From an uncultured virus (IMG/VR IMGVR_UViG_3300042549_008416) (Duplodnaviria > Heunggongvirae > Uroviricota > Caudoviricetes), in the IMG/VR virus record IMGVR_UViG_3300042549_008416: 64,000 nt of DNA; one strand, given 5' to 3'. Position numbers and translations under genes: made by a program. Under the pieces are notes generated by a model. That model was not told where the DNA came from. It made no database searches and worked only from the letters and a program-made list of their open reading frames with translations. Below are positions 29,101-37,759 of the stretch, piece after piece (within the stretch, counting starts at the first letter, position 1; each line of letters starts with the position of its first letter).

Positions 29101-29526
29101 GAAACAGAAAATCCAGAAGAGTTAAATGCTTGGAACTCCTATAAAAACATATGGAATGAATGCTTAGAAAGTATTTTGAATGACGATATGGATAAATACA
29201 AGGTAGGTGGAAAAACTTGTGGATGTGGTTGTGGTTCAATATATTCTAAAGGTGGAATGTTTTCTAAAGGTGGATTAGCCTATGGAAATAGCCACGATAA
29301 AGGGGGAATGCCTATGAAAGTTAAATCTACTGGACAGAATATTGAGATAGAAGGCGGAGAGGGTGTAGTTAATAAACGCTCTATGCAAAGTTCTAAAAAA
29401 GTAGAATTTCAAGGTCAAAAAATGACTCCTTGTGAAGCAGTGTCAAAAATAAATCAACTGGGTGGAGGTGTAAAGTTCAAATGTGAAGAAGTAGCAGATA
29501 TTATTGCTGAAGATGGTAATTTTTGA
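26125..29526 (+). CDS. polyvalent multidomain protein: DUF5824-like, GNAT, Cys-His-Asp module, ART-PolyVal-like, Zn ribbon, DUF5661-like, GNAT, GxSHxxGG domain
   Basis: VYRRG...HRP...WSYARV; KGKGYA; GDCY...HAWVE...YD; VRTPEFKAWFGDW...YHGS; CINC/CHQC; EKEHT...HL.E.PDYY; RKKGLA; modules bounded by xxDGG. Confidence 0.8.
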   Translation: MPKRAGRPSVAQTPAPKSDKIYGSKKNQKGSATEKKSKSINLSDKTINTLKEKLDNFKKSHPAKKNIDLNDLKAVYRRGSGAYSSSHRPTITGGAPNSRAAWSYARVNKFLKKAGGAKVKAAYVQDDDLMADGGLTDGIELKIKDSQDGKFKNFNLLENGRVFAGVSITKDWLNWAYPDDKEWIKLKNNLSKIGVTTKKGEIVGEFYQVTNLYVGKGYNSKYKGKGYAKILMNEVIKYATKNDLLPLFLLAEPDKQEKMSRETLINFYKSFGFKYLGIGTMVYTSKEVEFNQESKYDYADGGVPRGGDCYEAAGQFCMGSVYMAEPVEFVGEPYLVHAEVKGQGKAEGIRFGHAWVEDDENVYDYSNARKIIMPKVVYYAIGDIQTENPLKYQRYTFPEARAKMLKTKHYGSWDIDTKYADGGETEGYRVYINNEYRRTIKDEDLKNYYLDKGFQMNNGKLQIYGNDISFADGGMIAPNGKPSNLTPEQYKLVRTPEFKAWFGDWENDPENASKVVDENGEPKVVYHGSRSAFSIFDIKKSGESSTPANVGFWFTPIKNFAYNFASTTWYGNSKEINVYPVFLSIKSPKIYNSDSEDSGVRYPDSYEKFKIDVWAIDGQDADRANIGGIGMMLKNEKETIKKYRESLENEGFDGIFINKTRYDRREAGGLNDQIVALFPNQIKLADGSNTTFDMNNEDIRFEDGGEASQHITCINCGWEWETADSAESDKYVCHQCGFDNSLFYDGGILKPTMTLEQIAEANLMKDYLKPVSIEYLQEQLEKGMQHEKEHTDSDEVATTIALHHLAERPDYYVELEKMKLEDGGEVSISDEDYEFWIGGDENFGKAIKQDGVIVGGIAYDEDDQQINGIVIKNKFRKKGLAKKTIKALFDKNPDLQRVYVRAVPESKAFWKKIGTDFSNYNEDAGLWEGYVNRFDDGGNVISEDNSPEDIEISDFLNQQKSEAQMVMTCDDSKIYKAMICKTKVEIADKRMSETENPEELNAWNSYKNIWNECLESILNDDMDKYKVGGKTCGCGCGSIYSKGGMFSKGGLAYGNSHDKGGMPMKVKSTGQNIEIEGGEGVVNKRSMQSSKKVEFQGQKMTPCEAVSKINQLGGGVKFKCEEVADIIAEDGNF

Positions 29527-29553
29527 TTTTGTTGAAAAAAACATATATTTTTG
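29522..29553 (+). promoter_or_regulatory. Bacteroidota -33/-7 promoter
   Basis: TTTG (29522-29525) N20 TATTTTTG (29546-29553). Confidence 0.7.
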
Positions 29554-29570
29554 GTATAAATACTCGTAGT

Positions 29571-30041
29571 ATGCTTTTTACAAATCCTAATATCATTCAA
29601 GATATAGATGACCTTACTATTGGCGGTGTAGAAGTCAAAGGTGGTAAAATCGACTATCTTAACTATACTACTTTAATCAAGCACAGAATCTTGAGTATGG
29701 TAGTTAAGCAGGTAAAAGACACTATGTCAAATGGTAATACCCATTTATCTGCATTGCAAGATACCGCTGACTTAGTATATTCATATTTGCATATCATTGA
29801 TAAGAAATATCCTCTCAATGAAATGGAAATAGTTGAGGAAATCTGCAAATCAGATGAATATAAAAGCTGGGAAAGTGAAGTTTATTATAACTTCCTTGAC
29901 ATACATAAAGGAGTAATTCAAATAAATACACCAGTAGAAGCTGGTGGAAAAAAAGCAGAACTTTCAGACTCATACAACCTTGCCAAAGAGCAGGATTTTT
30001 TTGATTTGCTTCAAGCTTTATCAGCAGCATTCAATCTATAA
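29571..30041 (+). CDS. hypothetical protein
   Basis: ATG at 29571 downstream of the promoter (track start 29523 is TTG). Confidence 0.7.
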   Translation: MLFTNPNIIQDIDDLTIGGVEVKGGKIDYLNYTTLIKHRILSMVVKQVKDTMSNGNTHLSALQDTADLVYSYLHIIDKKYPLNEMEIVEEICKSDEYKSWESEVYYNFLDIHKGVIQINTPVEAGGKKAELSDSYNLAKEQDFFDLLQALSAAFNL

Positions 30042-30051
30042 TATTTAGAAA

Positions 30052-33000
30052 ATGACAGAACAACAAAAACTAACTGAAAATCTTGAAAAAGAAGCTGTAA
30101 GAATAGAAAAAGCGGAACAACTTAGAGAGGAAATTCAGGCAACAGAAGAAGAGGGATATGATGGATTTAGCGATTCAAAAGTAAAATTAATTCCAAATCC
30201 AAATTTTACTGATTGTAAGTCAGTAGGAACTATGCTTCCTATAAATATGGCTAACGAAACAGTTACTAATTTATCTTTATTAGCTCAGGAGGTTGACTTA
30301 GTTGACTTCATAAAAGAAAAATTAAAGTACAATAGCCGATTCAAAGTATGTCAATCTTTTGCGAGTGAGCAAATTGATGCTTTATGTCTTGCAATCAAAT
30401 CATTTGAAAAAAATAATGCCTTCATTCTTGGAGATATGGCAGGTATTGGTAAGGGTCGTGTTTGTGCAGGTGTACTAAGATATGCTTATGTGAACGGAAT
30501 GATACCAGTATTTTTCACACAAAAACCATATTTATTAAATGACATATACCGTGATTTAAGAAATATTGGTGGTATTGGTGAAGATGTTATGCCAAGACCT
30601 TTCGTTATGCACGCTGAAGGTGTGATAGTCGATAAGGATGGCTTACCAATTCCAACAAGTCAAGTATATAAAACAACTTACAGACAAGGAGAAGCAATTT
30701 ACAGATTTTTAGATAAGGGTAATCCTTATTCTATTTTAGAATTATGTAAATCAATGACCGCAGAAATTAAAAGAACTGGTAATGTAATGTTGCCAAAGGA
30801 ATTTAATGCGGTTATGTTACCCTACTCAGTAATTTCCCAAAGCAGAAGTGCAGAAAAAAAAGAATTTTTGCATACGATTTCTCCTAATTCAATACTTGTT
30901 TTCGATGAGAGCCATAATGCAGCATCAGCAAACTTAAATAGTAATATATTAAAAACTGCTTTGCCAATGGTAGAAGCATCACAAGCGGTATTATTTAGTT
31001 CTGCTACTTATGCTAAAAGACCAAGCGTTTTCAATTTATATGTTGTAAAAACAGCTTTAAGAACAGCAGTTCCTTCTCTTGAGAGTATTACTGACGCATT
31101 AAAAGTTGGTGGAGAGAATGTATCTGAATACATAGCAAGCGGACTTGTTAAGGAAGGCCAAATGATTAGGCGTGAGAGAAGTTTTGGAGATTGTAAAAAA
31201 GTAACAGAATATGTAGGAACTGTTAGAAGTGAGGATTCTTTCGGTATTACAACCTATGGAGAGTTACCAGACGATACACAAAGAGCATTTTATGATGAAG
31301 CCATTGGTTATTTCAAAGACCTTAGAGATTTTTCAAAAAGTGATTTATCCAAGACTGCAATAAGGAATGCTATTTATAAAAAATCTGAAGAGTTAGGTAA
31401 GGAAATAGTAGCGATGGATGTATATGAACAAGCTCTAAAAGCTGAGACTGCTACTAAAGGTCGTGTACAAAGAGAATGGATTAGCAGAAATTTAGGTAAA
31501 TATGTCGTAAAATATAGCACAGACAATATATCTTATTACAAAGCAACATTTAGAGAAAATCTATTTTTAGCTGTAAAAGCAAAATTTGCTGCTGATAAAA
31601 TTATTGAATGTTTAAATACTCCAGTTACATATAAAAACGTAGATGGTAGTATGCACACAGCTCCTCAAAAGCCAATAATTGCAATAAAAAATACTGGAGA
31701 AAGAATTTTTGGCGAATTAAAATTTACAGATGGAGAAGAAGTACAAAATGATTTTTCTGTATATTTAAAAGCTGTATACAATAAACTTTTTCAAGGCGAG
31801 TTTACTTTAATCAAAGTTGATAATAATATTTTTAAAACAGCATCTGAATTAACAGAAGATGATTTAGAACCAGATGTTGAGACTTTCGAATATAGAGTTG
31901 TTAGTGAAGATTTTTATGATGGAGGTCAAGAAGTTAATGCAATACAAGCTAAACTCGATGCTTATAATTCTCAATTACCTTTTAGTATTATAGATTATTT
32001 AAGAGATAGAATTGAGTCTACACCAAGAGCTGCTATTTATTTTGCACCAAATGGTGCACCTCTTTTTGGTAGGGCAGATAGTCCTTATTATAAATTTGTT
32101 GAGGGTACTTCCAGACAATTTATGTTAAAAAGAGATAGTGAAGGTGTTCTTCGATATATGAGAAATGATAGGATTAAGAGCACTACTAAAGTTTTTAGAG
32201 CTTTTAATAACGGAGATATTGATGTAATGTTAATCAATGTCGTTGCCTCGACTGGTGGTTCAGCACAAAGTTCTCCAGATGAGGGTATGGATACAAGACC
32301 AAGAAATATGTTTGTTGTTCAGTTCGAAGCTGACATTAACATTGAGGTACAAAAAAGGGGTAGAATTAATAGGACTGGCCAAGTAAATAGTCCTACTTAT
32401 ACATATATAATATCTAAAATTCCAGTAGAACTTAGGACATATTTAATGTTCAGGAAAAAACTGAGAAAATTAGATGCAAATACAAGTGCAGACCAAACGG
32501 CTTCATCTAAGACAGCTGAAATGAATGATGCAAAAGGTAATCCTATTGAAGACATATTTAATCATTATGGTTTTGAGGTATTTAAAAAAGATTTTATTGA
32601 ACTACCAGACAACTTAGCATACTATGAAATTTTTAATGGTATGGATTTCAGAAGTAAAAAGGTTAGTGAGGAACAAGAAGCTGAAGTTGATGAAATAAAT
32701 GTTGAACATTTTGAGTCTTTCATAAGAGAACTTGAATTATATCCTTCTAAATTCCAAGAATATTTCTTTGATGAAATGAATGAGAAATATATTCAAGAGA
32801 AAAACAGATTGATTGCTCAAGGAGAATATCAAGCAGAACTACAAGCAGAAAATTATAAAGCATCATTGAAACAAAGAGTTGTTACTCAATTAAATAGTGG
32901 TACTACTGTATTTTCATTGCCTTTATTTATAGCTGATTATTATACTTTAGAAAGCAAAAGAGCTTTAAGCAAGGATAAACTTGAACAAAAAGCAGCAGAA

Positions 33001-34929
33001 CTTGCAGTTTGGAATGGTCAACCGCTTCAACCAAATGAGTTTTATGCTAATTTTATTGAAGATTATTTATTTGAATCTTCAAAATCAATACAAAATTTAT
33101 CAGATGATTTAAATGCTCTCGAAGCTCCTAAAAAAGAAGATTATGAAAATGAAGATAAGTTTGAAAGGGCTGAATTTTTATTTAATGCAAGAAAAAATGG
33201 AAGATTAACTATCTTAAGAGACAAAATAAAAGAAATGAAAGAGATGTTAAGGTTTTATAAGCCTTTCACTCCAGTAATGTATGATGGCAATGTTGGTTAT
33301 TTTGTTGGTTATAAAATAAAAAATACGGGCACTAAATTTAAATATACCGAAGGTAGTGTTGAATTTATTTTCTGTTTCTTATCTAAATACCCAACTCTTC
33401 ATTTAAAAATGAGTTCAAATCCTGAAGAATTAGCAGGAATTAAGTTGGTTACTCAAACTATGATGTCTGAGGAAAATATTAGAAGGGTAAGAGCTTGGAG
33501 GCCTGATTTAAATAAGCGTCAAATTAGAAGATTCCTTTCTGGTAATATATTGAGTGGTATCATAGAAGCAAGCAAAAAGAAAAAAGCATCAGAAATCAAA
33601 AATTATGCTTTAAGTAGATTTACCAATAATGATGGTTCAATAACTACTGCAATAGAGTTGAAATATGATAAGGATTTACCAGACAATGCATTTATTAGAG
33701 AAAGTGCAACAAATCTTTCAGTTGCTGCTGATAATTCCAACGTAGTAGATTATATTTCTCAAATGCCTGAGTCAGTAGGAGATACCTTTAAAACTGATAG
33801 CAACAACTATATAATTAATCAGACGATACATCCTATATGGAATATTGAGGGAGATAAAATTTGTGATAGAGCTATTGCAATTATTAGAAGAAGATTAAGG
33901 AATAGAAATATAGAAATTGTACAAGGAGACCGAGCATTCGACACATCTGGACAAGAAATCCCAAGATTTTATGATGTTGTGGAATTTGAGATTATGCAAT
34001 CTTACAAGGTTGAAGTTTTAAAAGAATCAAGACAAAAACTTGAGAAGGCAAGAAAAGAAGGAGAGGTTTTATATAACAATTTATATTATGACCAACAATT
34101 TCAGGAGATGTTCTCGGCTAACTTGATTACTCCAAATCCTGAAAAGAAAACGATTAAGTATGCTTTTTTAAGAATTAAGAAAAAAGATTCATCATTATAT
34201 GGCTCTAAGTATAACGATTTTAATACTTATATTAAGAGATACGAATTTAATCTTGAGACAGATAGAGAAAAAATTATGGACTTCTTAAGAGTTCTTTACA
34301 ATAAATATGATGTACAATTCAATTTTAGAAGTGATGTAGCTGACTATTTTAATATTGAAGCACAAGCTGATACTTTTGACCCTACTAAAAAAGACCAAAG
34401 AGTAACAGCTTTTCCATTAGGAGAGTATCAATACAGATTTATTCGTAAAGTATCTGACTCAACATATGATAGTATACCTAATTTAATTAGAAAAACATTA
34501 GATGGTGCATATGGTGGTGTAGTTGTAGCTCAGCCAATCGTTCCAAATATGCTTCCTTCTTTTGAATTAAAGCCTTTTAACATTCCAAGTGATATTTTAG
34601 TAAATCTTACATTGTCAGTACTTAATGATGAGGACAAAAGTCAGTTTGCTAAAACACTTGAGCAAATTTCAGAAACTAAAGATGATTATGAAGTTGGAGA
34701 ATTTGTGAGAAATTTCATCACACAACGCTCAGTAGGTACTCAATACTTCTTTGGAGACTTGAGAGTATCTGATTATGGAAAAATTTTCAAAGAATTTGCT
34801 CTTAAAGAAGATGTTTCAAAACTTGTATTTTCAACTGAAGATACAATAATTGAAAAAAAGCCAGTTCAAAACGAATTGACTTTTGATGATGCTGAAAGAT
34901 TTATTATTAAATTATGGTCTCTAATATAA
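30052..34929 (+). CDS. strawberry-notch-like SF2 helicase
   Basis: FILGDMAGIGKGR, FDESHN, SSAT, MIRRERSF, STGGS, QKRGRINRTGQ. Confidence 0.9.
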   Translation: MTEQQKLTENLEKEAVRIEKAEQLREEIQATEEEGYDGFSDSKVKLIPNPNFTDCKSVGTMLPINMANETVTNLSLLAQEVDLVDFIKEKLKYNSRFKVCQSFASEQIDALCLAIKSFEKNNAFILGDMAGIGKGRVCAGVLRYAYVNGMIPVFFTQKPYLLNDIYRDLRNIGGIGEDVMPRPFVMHAEGVIVDKDGLPIPTSQVYKTTYRQGEAIYRFLDKGNPYSILELCKSMTAEIKRTGNVMLPKEFNAVMLPYSVISQSRSAEKKEFLHTISPNSILVFDESHNAASANLNSNILKTALPMVEASQAVLFSSATYAKRPSVFNLYVVKTALRTAVPSLESITDALKVGGENVSEYIASGLVKEGQMIRRERSFGDCKKVTEYVGTVRSEDSFGITTYGELPDDTQRAFYDEAIGYFKDLRDFSKSDLSKTAIRNAIYKKSEELGKEIVAMDVYEQALKAETATKGRVQREWISRNLGKYVVKYSTDNISYYKATFRENLFLAVKAKFAADKIIECLNTPVTYKNVDGSMHTAPQKPIIAIKNTGERIFGELKFTDGEEVQNDFSVYLKAVYNKLFQGEFTLIKVDNNIFKTASELTEDDLEPDVETFEYRVVSEDFYDGGQEVNAIQAKLDAYNSQLPFSIIDYLRDRIESTPRAAIYFAPNGAPLFGRADSPYYKFVEGTSRQFMLKRDSEGVLRYMRNDRIKSTTKVFRAFNNGDIDVMLINVVASTGGSAQSSPDEGMDTRPRNMFVVQFEADINIEVQKRGRINRTGQVNSPTYTYIISKIPVELRTYLMFRKKLRKLDANTSADQTASSKTAEMNDAKGNPIEDIFNHYGFEVFKKDFIELPDNLAYYEIFNGMDFRSKKVSEEQEAEVDEINVEHFESFIRELELYPSKFQEYFFDEMNEKYIQEKNRLIAQGEYQAELQAENYKASLKQRVVTQLNSGTTVFSLPLFIADYYTLESKRALSKDKLEQKAAELAVWNGQPLQPNEFYANFIEDYLFESSKSIQNLSDDLNALEAPKKEDYENEDKFERAEFLFNARKNGRLTILRDKIKEMKEMLRFYKPFTPVMYDGNVGYFVGYKIKNTGTKFKYTEGSVEFIFCFLSKYPTLHLKMSSNPEELAGIKLVTQTMMSEENIRRVRAWRPDLNKRQIRRFLSGNILSGIIEASKKKKASEIKNYALSRFTNNDGSITTAIELKYDKDLPDNAFIRESATNLSVAADNSNVVDYISQMPESVGDTFKTDSNNYIINQTIHPIWNIEGDKICDRAIAIIRRRLRNRNIEIVQGDRAFDTSGQEIPRFYDVVEFEIMQSYKVEVLKESRQKLEKARKEGEVLYNNLYYDQQFQEMFSANLITPNPEKKTIKYAFLRIKKKDSSLYGSKYNDFNTYIKRYEFNLETDREKIMDFLRVLYNKYDVQFNFRSDVADYFNIEAQADTFDPTKKDQRVTAFPLGEYQYRFIRKVSDSTYDSIPNLIRKTLDGAYGGVVVAQPIVPNMLPSFELKPFNIPSDILVNLTLSVLNDEDKSQFAKTLEQISETKDDYEVGEFVRNFITQRSVGTQYFFGDLRVSDYGKIFKEFALKEDVSKLVFSTEDTIIEKKPVQNELTFDDAERFIIKLWSLI

Positions 34930-34935
34930 CCAATT

Positions 34936-36171
34936 ATGGAAAACGAAAAAAATGAAGTAATACAGCAGGTAATCGACACCATCAGAAGAGATGTGTTGAA
35001 AAATAAAGACTTTTTGAAATCTATCCTTGCTGATATAAAATTAACAGAACAAAACATACCAACAGAACTAATTCTCAGCCTAATGAACAAGTTAAATGTC
35101 CAACAACAACCGCCAAGACCCGTGTCTAACGCTCCAAAAGAAAGAGTTAAAGATGGCAGGGCAGTAGCTAAACCTATCGCAATAGGCGAGGGAAGCATTG
35201 AATCTCAAATCGTATCAGATTTACTAGAAGGTAATAATGTGTACTTACAAGGTAAAGCAGGTACTGGTAAAACATACCTTGCAAAAGCAATTGGCGAAAG
35301 TGTAATGGGTCAGCCAATGTATCAGATTAACTGCTCTCAGTGGACTTCTCCTATTGAGATTCGTGGTGGTCAAACAATCAAAGGTTATGAAGAAGGGCTT
35401 CTTATTAAAGCTTGGGCTAACGGAGGTATTCTTATTTTAGATGAGTTACCAAAACTTGACCCAAACACAGCAGGATTATTGAATGATGCCTTAGCAGAAA
35501 CAGCTTCTCAGCCTAAATATGATGAAAGTGGTAAACTTATTGAAAGTACAATACCATATATTACAAATGGTCGTGGAGATAGAATTTATAAAGGACAAGA
35601 TGCAAAAGATGCTGAATTAAAATTTAGATTCTGCGTAATTGCTACTGGTAATACAAATATGATGGATGTTGGTAATAAATATGGTGGTAACCAAAGACAA
35701 GACTATTCTTTAGTGGATAGATTTGCAGGTTCATTCTATATTATTGAAAATGACCCAATTAAAGAAATGCAGCTTACATATCCATATGTATTCAATGTAT
35801 GTAATGCTATGCGTAAATTCTTAGATGAAAAACAGGCTTTACAATCAATATCACTTCGTACTATGTTGAATTTCAACAGAACTTACGAACAAGAGATGCT
35901 TTATAAGATTGGAAGTCCTTTTGCAGATGAAATTAAAGATAGTAAAGGTAATGAAGTTCCACCTAAAAGCGTAGAAGATAGTATTAGTAGCTTTTTAGGT
36001 ATGATGGAAGTTAATATGCGTAAAGACCTTGAAAATAATCCTGCATTCCGTGAAGCAAGATATGATGAAAAGAACGAAGGAGATTTTATGAGACAATTCA
36101 AGAAAAAATATCACTTGAACCCTAGAAGTGGAGACCCGTTAACTGAAAAGGAAATTGAGGAATTAGGTTAA
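34936..36171 (+). CDS. MoxR/CbbQ-like AAA+ ATPase
   Basis: GKAGTGKT, ILDE, ATGNT, LVDRF, ISLR. Confidence 0.88.
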   Translation: MENEKNEVIQQVIDTIRRDVLKNKDFLKSILADIKLTEQNIPTELILSLMNKLNVQQQPPRPVSNAPKERVKDGRAVAKPIAIGEGSIESQIVSDLLEGNNVYLQGKAGTGKTYLAKAIGESVMGQPMYQINCSQWTSPIEIRGGQTIKGYEEGLLIKAWANGGILILDELPKLDPNTAGLLNDALAETASQPKYDESGKLIESTIPYITNGRGDRIYKGQDAKDAELKFRFCVIATGNTNMMDVGNKYGGNQRQDYSLVDRFAGSFYIIENDPIKEMQLTYPYVFNVCNAMRKFLDEKQALQSISLRTMLNFNRTYEQEMLYKIGSPFADEIKDSKGNEVPPKSVEDSISSFLGMMEVNMRKDLENNPAFREARYDEKNEGDFMRQFKKKYHLNPRSGDPLTEKEIEELG

Positions 36172-36180
36172 ACTTATATA

Positions 36181-37476
36181 ATGCCATCAAACGAGATACA
36201 ATTCAAATCTGGGAGACCAGCAGAATATACTAAGTATACTATAATGCCCTTCTCAAATTGGAGGGCTTTAGATGCTACTTCTAAGTATATTGAAAAAAAT
36301 AAACCTAATGAGGAAGTTCGTAGGGCAAATGAAGCTTTTAAACTTTGGATTGATGATAGCCTAAAAACTGGTAATAAGAAATATGGTTTATTTGGCAAAC
36401 AACCCAAAAGCTTCAAGGAAGCTATGGAAAGAGATAAATTCGTTTATTGGGATGAGTATAAGAAAATTAAAAGTGTTGTAGAGAAAAAAATTGCAGAAGA
36501 TTTACAAAAATCGTCTATTGCAGAGGCAATGAAGCCAAAATTGGTTTTTAATGATAAGCAAATAGGAGAATTTGTATTTGATAGAGCTGCAATGTCTCTT
36601 CAGCCTGAAATATTCCATTATAGTCCATCCAAAAAACGAGAAATAGATATTCTAACTGAAGAGGTTATTTATGAAGGCAAAAGAATGTATTTAGCTAAAG
36701 ATAAATCTTTAGTAGTCTATGCTATAAAAGTTGAAAAACAAGATGGTTCTGAAGAATATTTTGAACTCAAAGGAGAGGAAACACTTGTAAAAGCAGTTAA
36801 TATTGGAATCATAAGCTGTACAAGTAACAATAAAAAGGTTTATTTGTACAAAGAGAAGAAGCCAAAAATGTACAATGCTGTTAAAATTATAGTAGGAATG
36901 ACTGGCGGAGGATTTTCTAGTTGGGATAATGATTTTTATACTGGAATTACAGCTGCAATAGTTACAGAAACATTAGAAGGATTAGGTTATGCTGTTGATG
37001 TAGAGGTTGCAGCAGGTGGAGGTAGGTGTGGTGGTTGTGCAAAAAAATTAAAATTTGGTAATCAATTTGATAAGGGTAGGAGATTTTTTACATTTACTGC
37101 AAAATCATTTGATGAGCAACTTGATTTAGATGGATTACTTTATACCTTGAGCGACCCTTCTTTTTATAATATCAAGTTTGTTTCTTTGTTAAATAACTTT
37201 TTTAATTTCTTTGGAGACCAAATAGATACAAATGGAGACCCAGCAAGGACTTGGCACGGAATAGGAGAAGAAGATATGGTTAATCCAATAGGTATGTATC
37301 ATAAATATATGGATATTGAAAAGGGAAATAAAAATTTGATTCATTTTTACATACATCAGGTAAAAGATGAAGCAGATGTTGTAAGGCAGGTTACAGACCT
37401 TGTTCTTACTTGCGAAAATAAAAATTTACAAGCACTAGAAAAATATTCATCAAATGACTTCAGCACTGTTAAATAA
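36181..37476 (+). CDS. putative VWA-like partner of the AAA+ ATPase
   Basis: Adjacent to the MoxR-like gene; KIIVGMTGG...ETLEGLGYAVDV; no canonical MIDAS seen. Confidence 0.5.
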   Translation: MPSNEIQFKSGRPAEYTKYTIMPFSNWRALDATSKYIEKNKPNEEVRRANEAFKLWIDDSLKTGNKKYGLFGKQPKSFKEAMERDKFVYWDEYKKIKSVVEKKIAEDLQKSSIAEAMKPKLVFNDKQIGEFVFDRAAMSLQPEIFHYSPSKKREIDILTEEVIYEGKRMYLAKDKSLVVYAIKVEKQDGSEEYFELKGEETLVKAVNIGIISCTSNNKKVYLYKEKKPKMYNAVKIIVGMTGGGFSSWDNDFYTGITAAIVTETLEGLGYAVDVEVAAGGGRCGGCAKKLKFGNQFDKGRRFFTFTAKSFDEQLDLDGLLYTLSDPSFYNIKFVSLLNNFFNFFGDQIDTNGDPARTWHGIGEEDMVNPIGMYHKYMDIEKGNKNLIHFYIHQVKDEADVVRQVTDLVLTCENKNLQALEKYSSNDFSTVK

Positions 37477-37759
37477 AATAAATATTAAGTCCAAACAAGC
37501 TAAGTTTGAGGCTTCGAGAAATTACAAAGGGCACGGAAAGTCATCAGTTCCTTATGAGGAGTTGGTTGTACTTGCCGCCTCTTTCCCAGATTTCATATTT
37601 CTTGTACATAAGAATATGATATTCGATAGAAATTCAGTAGCGGATAGTTCATACGAAGTGTACTCGTTTGACAGAAACGGAAACTATATTAGGAAAGAAA
37701 ATCTTGAAGATTTAGGTTCAGGATTTTTTATGAATATGAAAGTCATAAAGAAGCTATAA
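37454..37759 (+). CDS. hypothetical protein
   Basis: Packed ORF. Confidence 0.65.
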   Translation: MTSALLNKINIKSKQAKFEASRNYKGHGKSSVPYEELVVLAASFPDFIFLVHKNMIFDRNSVADSSYEVYSFDRNGNYIRKENLEDLGSGFFMNMKVIKKL

